This document shows positions 40,610 through 47,898 of a DNA stretch of 64,000 nucleotides, one piece after another (the first letter of the stretch is position 1; every line of letters starts with the position of its first letter). The stretch lies in IMG/VR virus record IMGVR_UViG_3300026250_000004, one strand, 5' to 3'. The DNA is from an uncultured virus (IMG/VR IMGVR_UViG_3300026250_000004) (Duplodnaviria > Heunggongvirae > Uroviricota > Caudoviricetes). The translations under genes and the position numbers were made by a program. The notes beneath the pieces are model-generated. The model did no database searches and was not told where the DNA came from. It worked only from the letters and a program-made list of their open reading frames with translations.

Positions 40610-40709
40610 GCCACGCCCTACCATACCTGACCTTACCGCACCATGCCTCGCCCCACCATGCCCCTCCAAGCCACTACCAGACCTACCGCTCCAGTCCATA
40701 CCGCACCTT
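40610..40709 (-). ncRNA. GG(Y)-NN pentamer array, putative guide RNA
   Basis: 20 units in 100 nt (11 GGT, 6 GGC, 3 GGA) separated by variable dinucleotides; non-coding, between HNH stop and terminator. Confidence 0.8.
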
Positions 40710-40716
40710 GTTTTTA

Positions 40717-41007
40717 TTATTCATCCCAAACCAACTCGCGCCAGTTTGGAGGAATAACCTCATCTTGTAAGGCTTTAGCAATCATTCCTCTATGCCGATT
40801 ATCTGCCCTTAATACATGGCATTTACGGCATAAAGTACGCAGGTTTTTTATTTCATTTGTGGCGTTTTTACCACTTTTTATATGGTCAATATGACATTCT
40901 TCTAATGTTACTGGTTTACCACAATGGACACATTTGCCACCATCGCGCTCCCAAATAATTCTGCGAAGTTCCTGCCACACTTCTTTTGGCGGTCTTTTCT
41001 TAGGCAT
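40717..41007 (-). CDS. HNH endonuclease
   Basis: RDGGKCVHCG..HIDHI..N..NLRTLCRKCH; start overlaps end of RAMP gene. Confidence 0.9.
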   Translation of the reverse strand: MPKKRPPKEVWQELRRIIWERDGGKCVHCGKPVTLEECHIDHIKSGKNATNEIKNLRTLCRKCHVLRADNRHRGMIAKALQDEVIPPNWRELVWDE

Positions 41008-41596
41008 AATCCCTAACCTCGAAATTAACTACCTCGAACCTACCAAATCCAATAGCCCTGCCATCTCCTAAACCTGCAAATCTACCAGCATCTATAACTG
41101 ATGCTTCCATTTGGTTGCTTGCGACAATAGTTTTATCCCACATAATTTCAAAGTTAGTTTTCCAACCAGGAGATGCAGCTACACGATAACGAACATTTCT
41201 TGCTTTAGTGGAAGGGTTTTTAACTGACCGTACATCAAGGTAAACAGGCTCGTCAATCATATTAACCATTTCCTCTACATTATCAGGTAAATAACGGTCA
41301 ACAAGCACCTTGTCGGTTAAAACCTGCAATGTCGCACTAACCGCAGACTGAATACTGCCCCTACCACTCTTAGTATATTTACTTCCTGCGCGAATGCAAG
41401 AAAATATGTAACTAGGGTCAAGAAATAACTGCTTATCCTTTGTTACTAAAACCGTTTTGCGCCATTCTTCAGGGTCGTTACCCGCTACACCAGTCCTTTC
41501 TTGTCGTTCCAACGGCAAAGCATCGGGACCAAAACTATGCCATAAAAGCGGCCTGACCCCCTTAATATCAACTTCTGCAACTAATATATTTGCCAT
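41000..41596 (-). CDS. stand-alone RAMP/Cas7-like RNA-binding protein (Vipr-like)
   Basis: N-terminal beta strand then IKGVRPLLWH; C-terminal G-rich loop AGRFAGLGDGRAIGFGRFEV; no other cas genes. Confidence 0.75.
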   Translation of the reverse strand: MANILVAEVDIKGVRPLLWHSFGPDALPLERQERTGVAGNDPEEWRKTVLVTKDKQLFLDPSYIFSCIRAGSKYTKSGRGSIQSAVSATLQVLTDKVLVDRYLPDNVEEMVNMIDEPVYLDVRSVKNPSTKARNVRYRVAASPGWKTNFEIMWDKTIVASNQMEASVIDAGRFAGLGDGRAIGFGRFEVVNFEVRDYA

Positions 41597-41620
41597 ACCA
41601 TACCCCCCCCTTCTTTAATC

Positions 41621-41680
41621 GTTATAACCACTATAACACATATAACCAAACTTGTCAACTACTCCGGTATATGTTATAAT
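41621..41680. promoter_or_regulatory. divergent promoter region with TATAAC direct repeats (probable RHH operator)
   Basis: TATAACCA, TATAACAC, TATAACCA about 9 bp apart; TG-TTATAAT at 41672-41680. Confidence 0.5.
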
Positions 41681-41709
41681 GCCTTTAAAACAAGAAGGGA
41701 ATGATTTTA

Positions 41710-41862
41710 ATGGCAAGTAAAAAACCATTTTTAAGTTTCGTAATTGATGAAGATGTTTTGGAAGCTATAGATAACTTCTGGCATGAGAATCATTTTTCAT
41801 CTAGAGCAGCAACTATTAAATGGCTTATCGTTTGGGCTTTAAAGCAAAACCCAAAAGTATAG
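41710..41862 (+). CDS. ribbon-helix-helix regulator, 50 aa (not in ORF track)
   Basis: MASKKPFLSFVIDEDVLEAIDNFWHENHFSSRAATIKWLIVWALKQ. Confidence 0.7.
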   Translation: MASKKPFLSFVIDEDVLEAIDNFWHENHFSSRAATIKWLIVWALKQNPKV

Positions 41863-41891
41863 TTAAATTTTATTTAAAAGGGGGTAAGTTA

Positions 41892-42191
41892 ATGAAAATG
41901 TATAATCATCAAGGTTTAGCCGCCATATTTTCTTGCTTATTACCGGGTTTAGGGCAAGTCTATAACGGTCAAGGTAAAATGGCACTTATTTATTTCGTTA
42001 TCCATTGTGGTTTAATGTACGGAATGATATATACTCTGTATTCAGCAATATTAGAAGGGTCGGGCTTTGAGGCTCCACTTTTTTTGGCAATAACAGTTTT
42101 GGCAAACGTAGTATGGTCAGCTACCGGAGCCTACAATCAAGCATTACATCACAATGCAATACTGGATAGTGAGGAAAACGAGAATGATTAA
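41892..42191 (+). CDS. TM2-like membrane protein (possible superinfection exclusion)
   Basis: AAIFSCLLPGLGQVYNGQ followed by TM segments. Confidence 0.65.
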   Translation: MKMYNHQGLAAIFSCLLPGLGQVYNGQGKMALIYFVIHCGLMYGMIYTLYSAILEGSGFEAPLFLAITVLANVVWSATGAYNQALHHNAILDSEENEND

Positions 42192-42199
42192 GGGGGACA

Positions 42200-42467
42200 T
42201 TAATCCCCCTGCATTGCCTTAAAAGCATCTGAAAAGCTCACAAATTCCTCATCGTTTTTCTTCTCACCCTTAACTTCACAACCATGAATTTTAGCCAAGA
42301 ACAACTGATCGTCTGCCATTACATCGGCTAGTAATCTAGCCTGTAATATAGTTAATTTTCTAACCTTTTCGAAACCACCTAATTTGAGGGCTAATCTGGC
42401 TAATGACTTCTGAGCTTCTCCCGGCTTAGGCGGTTCCTTGTTTTCTGTTTCTTCGTCTTTTGGATAG
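42200..42467 (-). CDS. tail assembly chaperone extension (gpT-like), probably made by recoding
   Basis: Open +1 frame YPKDEETENKEPPKPGE..FKAMQGD without its own start. Confidence 0.55.
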
Positions 42468-42785
42468 CTAGCTGACCAGAAAGTAATCGATAACTGCTGC
42501 CATCTCTTTCCGATTAAGTTTTTTTATCGCATCAACAGGTGCATCAGGGAATATCATCTGCAATAAGTTAAGCAGTTTCTTAACCCTTGCATCACGTTGT
42601 TTATAGTCTTCTTCACCTTGTAACTTGATAAAGTTAATGTAAAGCCCTTTGTCGGACAAATAGAGTCCATCTGTCTTTTCCCCAATATCAAGCAATTCCT
42701 CGAAGGTTGCAATATGCGCCCGATATTCTTTGCCGTCAATGGTAAATTTATCTCCTAAGCCTAATGCTTCGTTAATCTCACTCAT
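42468..42785 (-). CDS. tail assembly chaperone (gpG-like)
   Basis: Position between tail tube and TMP. Confidence 0.65.
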   Translation of the reverse strand: MSEINEALGLGDKFTIDGKEYRAHIATFEELLDIGEKTDGLYLSDKGLYINFIKLQGEEDYKQRDARVKKLLNLLQMIFPDAPVDAIKKLNRKEMAAVIDYFLVS

Positions 42786-42909
42786 TATAAATTCTCCCTT
42801 CAACTTTTAATTCTCTCCTTGAGTCCCCTAATGGGGAGCCCCGGCAAGGCAGGAGAGAAACCAAGCCGGGACTATCTCATCTGCTAGCAAGGAGGTAGCT
42901 AGCAGGGAA

Positions 42910-43695
42910 TTAAACTGCGATATATCCCATCGTGTAGAGCTGTTTGTCAGCTCTTTCCGGGTCCATTAGGTTAAAGGTCAAAGTGTGTTTGGCAGGATTT
43001 CCGCGATTTTCGGAATGTTCCAAGTCACCGCTTGCTTTGCATTTGTGAACAAAGATAGCTTCACGCATGGTTACGCCATCTTGGTTGCTAAACTCATTAG
43101 CAAGAGTAATCTTAACTACCGGAATTGCGCCGTTAGTCAATACAGCAACCAAGTCACCAGCAGCAGCGGTATACTGATAGTCAATAATGATGTTCTTGCT
43201 TGCATCGGCGGCGGCAAAGGTCAATACACCGGCGGCATAAGAATATTTACCGGCAGCAGCAGAGGCATCTTTGGTAAGCAATACACCAGTGTCGGCATAG
43301 TAAACTTTTACCGATGCTTCAACAGCAGTGGTTTTATTGGCCAAATTAACGGTATAAGTCGAAGTCGCCGGAACGGTAGCCTTTTCGCCGATAACCTGCA
43401 TGGTTATGTTAGTGCCAGTGGTTACAGTTGCGCCAGCAGCAGCTTGCGCTAACCCGTATTGGAATCGTGAGGTCGCTATCTCTAAAGTACCAGTGCGGTC
43501 TTTGTCGATATAATCATGGGGATAGAGTCCATTACCTCCATAAATAGGGTCAATAGGGAAACTTGTCTTTAAAACCGCACTTTCTGCCTTCTCAATTCGG
43601 GCAATTAATGCACCAGTAGAAAAGTTCTCAATCAGAATCAGTGGAACTCCTTTGATGGAAAAGCCAGTTTGCGGAGCGGGTAAAGTACCAGCCAT
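42910..43695 (-). CDS. major tail tube protein
   Basis: Synteny; beta-rich; GKYSYAAGVLTFAAAD insertion. Confidence 0.75.
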   Translation of the reverse strand: MAGTLPAPQTGFSIKGVPLILIENFSTGALIARIEKAESAVLKTSFPIDPIYGGNGLYPHDYIDKDRTGTLEIATSRFQYGLAQAAAGATVTTGTNITMQVIGEKATVPATSTYTVNLANKTTAVEASVKVYYADTGVLLTKDASAAAGKYSYAAGVLTFAAADASKNIIIDYQYTAAAGDLVAVLTNGAIPVVKITLANEFSNQDGVTMREAIFVHKCKASGDLEHSENRGNPAKHTLTFNLMDPERADKQLYTMGYIAV

Positions 43696-43746
43696 TAACT
43701 TTCACTTCCTTTCTTAATTTCTTAAAACAAAAATGAGCTAGGAAAC

Positions 43747-44211
43747 CTATTCGATTTCTTCGCCCACTTTAAAACGCATTACATATTTTTTTATCCCTGC
43801 TATGTTTGAGGTAGTCTGAAATGATGTTTGGTATTCCACCTTAAAAGTAGCACCTGCTAATTGGACTTGATGCAGTAATTCTCTTGCCCGTTGTCCAATT
43901 ACCATTGTTCCGTATTGCAGATTGGTTAATTTCACATTTGAATAGCTGTTGTTGGAATAAATCGCTACTTCAAACATTGCATCGTAAACTATAGCATTTG
44001 CCCTTGAACGAACACCCGGAATAGGGTAAATGCAACATAGCGGGATATTGGTTGTACTCAAGCCTGTTGGCTCCATCTCTTTCTGAACTTTAGCTACTTT
44101 ATCAGCCATTGGAGATGTGGGAGTCAAGCCAAAGTACCCCAGAAAAGTAGAATCGGCAATTAGCTTGCCGAATACAGAATTTATAATTGTAAAATCACTC
44201 AAAGGCATCAC
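43747..44211 (-). CDS. tail terminator-like protein
   Basis: Synteny and size. Confidence 0.55.
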   Translation of the reverse strand: MMPLSDFTIINSVFGKLIADSTFLGYFGLTPTSPMADKVAKVQKEMEPTGLSTTNIPLCCIYPIPGVRSRANAIVYDAMFEVAIYSNNSYSNVKLTNLQYGTMVIGQRARELLHQVQLAGATFKVEYQTSFQTTSNIAGIKKYVMRFKVGEEIE

Positions 44212-44751
44212 CTACCTTCCGTCTGAACGAATGTATTTGTGAAACGGAAACACTTTAATTGCTTGTCTTAATCGTTCCAAAACATATGGCCTTGATAAAA
44301 TTACAATTTCACGCATCCAATGTTGAGGTTCAATGGGTGGGTATCTCCACTCAAGGTTACGCCCTTCAAATTTACCAGTTGAATAATGCGTTTCACCATC
44401 AAGGTCAACATAGTCACCTTTTGGTCTACCACGAATGGTATGTCTGCCGGGGTCACGAGCAGGATTCCAATACTTTGAACGGGTATAGTCGTCCCATGCT
44501 GAATTGCTTGTATCAGCCAGCGAACCAGAACCCCATTCAGTTACTAAAGCCATCATTCCACCAGCAGATACAGTACCGATTACCTGTCCAGCAATAGTCA
44601 CCACTTCTTTATGGATTCTACTTCTATCTACTTCCGGTGGAGCTTTGCTTTGAACCTGCGACCAAAGCCAATCAGTCAAGATTTCACATTCAGCTAAAAG
44701 CATAATTTCCAACCCTTTAGCCATTGCCTGACTGTCAATTCTTAATCCCAT
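44212..44751 (-). CDS. neck/tail completion protein (HK97 gp10-like)
   Basis: ALVTEWGSGS..PPIEPQHWMR; synteny. Confidence 0.55.
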   Translation of the reverse strand: MGLRIDSQAMAKGLEIMLLAECEILTDWLWSQVQSKAPPEVDRSRIHKEVVTIAGQVIGTVSAGGMMALVTEWGSGSLADTSNSAWDDYTRSKYWNPARDPGRHTIRGRPKGDYVDLDGETHYSTGKFEGRNLEWRYPPIEPQHWMREIVILSRPYVLERLRQAIKVFPFHKYIRSDGR

Positions 44752-44763
44752 AACATCACCACA

Positions 44764-45354
44764 CTAACCAGTAGTCCATACGCTTAACTGAATAACCATT
44801 GCCCCAGGTATGCTAAAACGGTCTATATCATCTACCCGATAATTGCGACCTGCTACCGTTGCTTTGTCATTTTGTTGCAGACTGTCATCATTGGGACAAG
44901 TTACTCTCATAACGGTTGTGTCTAACAGTCCGGTATCAAGTTCACTCATTTTACCGTTAATCTGGTCAGCACGACAGGCAAGCGCATCTATGACAGTTGA
45001 AGGAGTTTCGCCCGTTGGATTACCGTCATCGTCATAAGCAGTCTCCGTCCTCGTTACTGTCAAGGTAGTATTGCAAATCAATCCGTAAGCAATTATTGCG
45101 ACTTCCTGCCCTTGTATTATTTCCCTGCGTGATACTACAGCTATAAACTGCTCATCACCACAAGTTATTAACTCACCCGTAGTTAAGTTAGATTCCAATA
45201 GGCAGTTAATCATTCGCTTGTTTTGCACCGAATAATCAGCTAAAGTTTTACCTATTTTGCCGATTATTGCCTTGCCTGTATAGTTCGTAGGAGTGCGGGT
45301 AATAGTAATTGATAAGCCTTCATCCTGTATGTGCTTAGATTTCGAGTCTATCAT
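44764..45354 (-). CDS. head closure protein
   Basis: YDDDGNP..GRNYRVDDID; synteny. Confidence 0.55.
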   Translation of the reverse strand: MIDSKSKHIQDEGLSITITRTPTNYTGKAIIGKIGKTLADYSVQNKRMINCLLESNLTTGELITCGDEQFIAVVSRREIIQGQEVAIIAYGLICNTTLTVTRTETAYDDDGNPTGETPSTVIDALACRADQINGKMSELDTGLLDTTVMRVTCPNDDSLQQNDKATVAGRNYRVDDIDRFSIPGAMVIQLSVWTTG

Positions 45355-45748
45355 TATAGACCACCCCCACAGGACTGATGATTACATCCTCTTGTCCAGT
45401 TGCCAAACAGATATACCCTCTTACTAACCCTTCAAATTCTCGCTTCTTCTTATCCCAATTAGTCGCTTGAATCTTAAAGGAATAAAGAGTTTCGTCCTGT
45501 TGAGCTACCTTCACCCTTTGTGCCATACCAGTACAAAGCAGAGCGCATACTTGAGCGATTACAGCAGATTCCAGAAAGGTTAAATCATCACCCACCAAAT
45601 TGGCATAGTCGGGAACAGATTTAATTATCAATGCTTCTGCTATTGTTGCTTTAGATTGAATGTCTGCATCGGGAAGTATGCTAGTTGTTACTCCCATGTC
45701 AACGCGAACCCTATTCTCATATCCTGTTGGTAAAATTTTGTCAGCGAT
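45335..45748 (-). CDS. head-tail adaptor (probable ATC start at 45748)
   Basis: First gene after MCP; GGGGGTGA RBS upstream of in-frame ATC. Confidence 0.6.
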   Translation of the reverse strand: MADKILPTGYENRVRVDMGVTTSILPDADIQSKATIAEALIIKSVPDYANLVGDDLTFLESAVIAQVCALLCTGMAQRVKVAQQDETLYSFKIQATNWDKKKREFEGLVRGYICLATGQEDVIISPVGVVYNDRLEI

Positions 45749-45801
45749 AATATCACCCCCTTAAATTGGGGAAAGGGGGGTTAAATTGACCCCCCTTTAA
45801 G

Positions 45802-46941
45802 TTAGGCATTAGTTGTCAGAGTCTTTACTACATCGGGGAACAGAGTAGCAAAACCAGTTACCTGCGACAGTACGATAGTCTCAAATTGGGACTTAATCAT
45901 CTTGTCAGTTTCTACAATGTCTGCACCGATTTCAGTTACCTGCTCTAAAGCATATTTCGGGTCGATAACCAGCACTCTATTGGCAATGGTACTGGAAGCC
46001 AGATATACATAGCGCATCGGACCAGAGAATACATTCTGAGCCAGATTAGCACCACCACCAATGGAAGTTCCACCGTTCATAGCTGCCATCAAGGTCAAGG
46101 GGTCAATAACAGGGGGCTGAATACCCAATACCTTAATCAGTTGGGTTTCATCCACAATGGCAGTTATGCCTTTGTACGGATAGAATTTCAGCCGGAATTT
46201 CAGCCAGCTTTCCCAGTCAATACCATTAGCAACTACACCACCTAAAGCAGTTAGATTGAAGTTGGTTGCGGCGGTAGATGCGTTGCCGTCACCGTTTATC
46301 AATACGCTTACTGCATCATCGGCAAGGTCAAGTCCAGTCTGCTGAAGAATACCATCAATCAACAGAGCCAGCATGTCAATACGCATACGGCGAACATATT
46401 CATAGGACATATCAATAGCGCGACCCTTTTTATTTAAGGTCACAGAATGTTCGTGTCCGGTGATAGTGGTTGTCGGAATTTCTGCACCTTCTGCTACACG
46501 CTTTTTCTGTTTAGCAGCAGTAGACAGGTCTACATAGAAGGTCTTATAAGCGTTACCAGTTATCGGGGTCTTGATTGCTACCAGCTCATTTAAAATGTCG
46601 GGAGCTTCCATAGCCTGACGAGCAGTACGGTTGATAAATTCGGGGAACAGTACATCAGAGCTTGAAGTACCGAGGAAGAATTTTTCCACCGTATCAGCAT
46701 AAATGCCCTTTGCAGGGTCACTCTTGGTACGAATACCGTTAGCCAGCATCTGGCGTTCAAAAGCGTCCAGTTGTCCAAGCCAAGCATCTGCACCTACATA
46801 CTGATTGGAAGGGTCAAGTATCTCCAAGTGCTGTGATAGACTCCGGCCTTCTTTGTATGCTTCTTTATAAACATTAGTTCCAGTTCCAGACAGTTGTTCT
46901 GCTAATCCCATATAACCGTTAACTTTAGTTTCGGTAGGCAT
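45802..46941 (-). CDS. major capsid protein (HK97-like fold)
   Basis: LFPEFINR..VAEGAEIP..KKGRAIDMSYE; synteny. Confidence 0.88.
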   Translation of the reverse strand: MPTETKVNGYMGLAEQLSGTGTNVYKEAYKEGRSLSQHLEILDPSNQYVGADAWLGQLDAFERQMLANGIRTKSDPAKGIYADTVEKFFLGTSSSDVLFPEFINRTARQAMEAPDILNELVAIKTPITGNAYKTFYVDLSTAAKQKKRVAEGAEIPTTTITGHEHSVTLNKKGRAIDMSYEYVRRMRIDMLALLIDGILQQTGLDLADDAVSVLINGDGNASTAATNFNLTALGGVVANGIDWESWLKFRLKFYPYKGITAIVDETQLIKVLGIQPPVIDPLTLMAAMNGGTSIGGGANLAQNVFSGPMRYVYLASSTIANRVLVIDPKYALEQVTEIGADIVETDKMIKSQFETIVLSQVTGFATLFPDVVKTLTTNA

Positions 46942-47025
46942 TAAACTTCACTTCCTTTCAAATTTTTCAGAAAACAAAAAACCCACCATATTTAGCGGGT
47001 TACAGTTATTAATTTGGTTATTTAT

Positions 47026-47412
47026 TTAGCCAAGTTTTACAATAGCTTTGTGATTGGTTGCATCAACAGCTACAGCACGAACACCAGTAGCGGCAGCGGC
47101 CAATGCCCCTTTACCGGCACCATCCAATTCAACCCAAGAGCCGTTAGTTACTTCGTTGGCAGCCTGCGCAGCATGTTCAATATCAATTTCGGCATAACCT
47201 CCATCCTGAACACCAACAGCATCGGTTTCAAATCTGATTAGCACCCCAAAAGGAACGCCTGCATCAGCACCTAAGCTCCATTCTCCAATGCCAGAGATAG
47301 TGCCAAGTTTGCCAATATCGGTTGCGGCAATTCCGTTAGCGGGAACAAGGGTAATTTCGTGATAGTCAATATTCAAAAGTCTCTCTTTAGCTTCTGCATA
47401 AGTCATAGCCAT
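47026..47412 (-). CDS. head decoration/cement protein
   Basis: Small Ala/Gly-rich protein upstream of MCP. Confidence 0.6.
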   Translation of the reverse strand: MAMTYAEAKERLLNIDYHEITLVPANGIAATDIGKLGTISGIGEWSLGADAGVPFGVLIRFETDAVGVQDGGYAEIDIEHAAQAANEVTNGSWVELDGAGKGALAAAATGVRAVAVDATNHKAIVKLG

Positions 47413-47433
47413 TATTTAACACTTCCTTTCAAA

Positions 47434-47886
47434 TTAAAGTACACGGTAGTAAATTTCGTAACTACCTTTTAAGCCAGCACTTGCACCACCAGTTACTACG
47501 GAACCAGTTACCCATTTACCAGCAGCAAGTCTTTGAGCAGCTTTGCCATTAGTCCCACCATTAGCAGTATTGGTAAATGTACCAGCAGCGGTTTTTATAT
47601 CCTGACCGTCAATCAAGTTGTCGCTTGAAGTAGTCGCATCAGCGGCAGTCGTGCCAACATCAACGGTACAGGCATCAGTCGTCTTAGTGGTTACTACAAG
47701 GGCTACATGCTCAATCAGAATTTCGCTGGTTTCGGGATTAGCCCATGCAAACACACCGCCGCCAGTGTCTACGGCAGCCAGCGCACCAGTAACCTTCTTG
47801 AGCGCACCACGGTTAAGGTCATCGGCACTTGCAGTTACTTCTTTTCCCTTGATTTTAAGTCCATTAATTTTTATGCCAGTTTTCAA
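47434..47886 (-). CDS. second capsid-associated/decoration protein
   Basis: VTASADDLN; beta-rich; head operon. Confidence 0.5.
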   Translation of the reverse strand: MKTGIKINGLKIKGKEVTASADDLNRGALKKVTGALAAVDTGGGVFAWANPETSEILIEHVALVVTTKTTDACTVDVGTTAADATTSSDNLIDGQDIKTAAGTFTNTANGGTNGKAAQRLAAGKWVTGSVVTGGASAGLKGSYEIYYRVL

Positions 47887-47898
47887 TCTTACACCCCC

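Noticed and set aside
40610..40709. CRISPR array or simple microsatellite
   Set aside because: No 25-45 bp repeats with spacers; units are 5 nt with fixed GG(Y) and unrelated NN, unlike slippage-derived identical repeats.
40643..40894. + strand 83-aa Pro/Thr-rich ORF
   Set aside because: Shadow of the array and the HNH antisense strand; no RBS.
41820..41891. N-terminal extension of the 123-aa ORF in the track
   Set aside because: Overlaps the RHH gene; the RBS supports a start at 41892.
42515..42530. Canonical -1 frameshift at A AAA AAA in the tail chaperone
   Set aside because: The -1 frame hits TAA within two codons.
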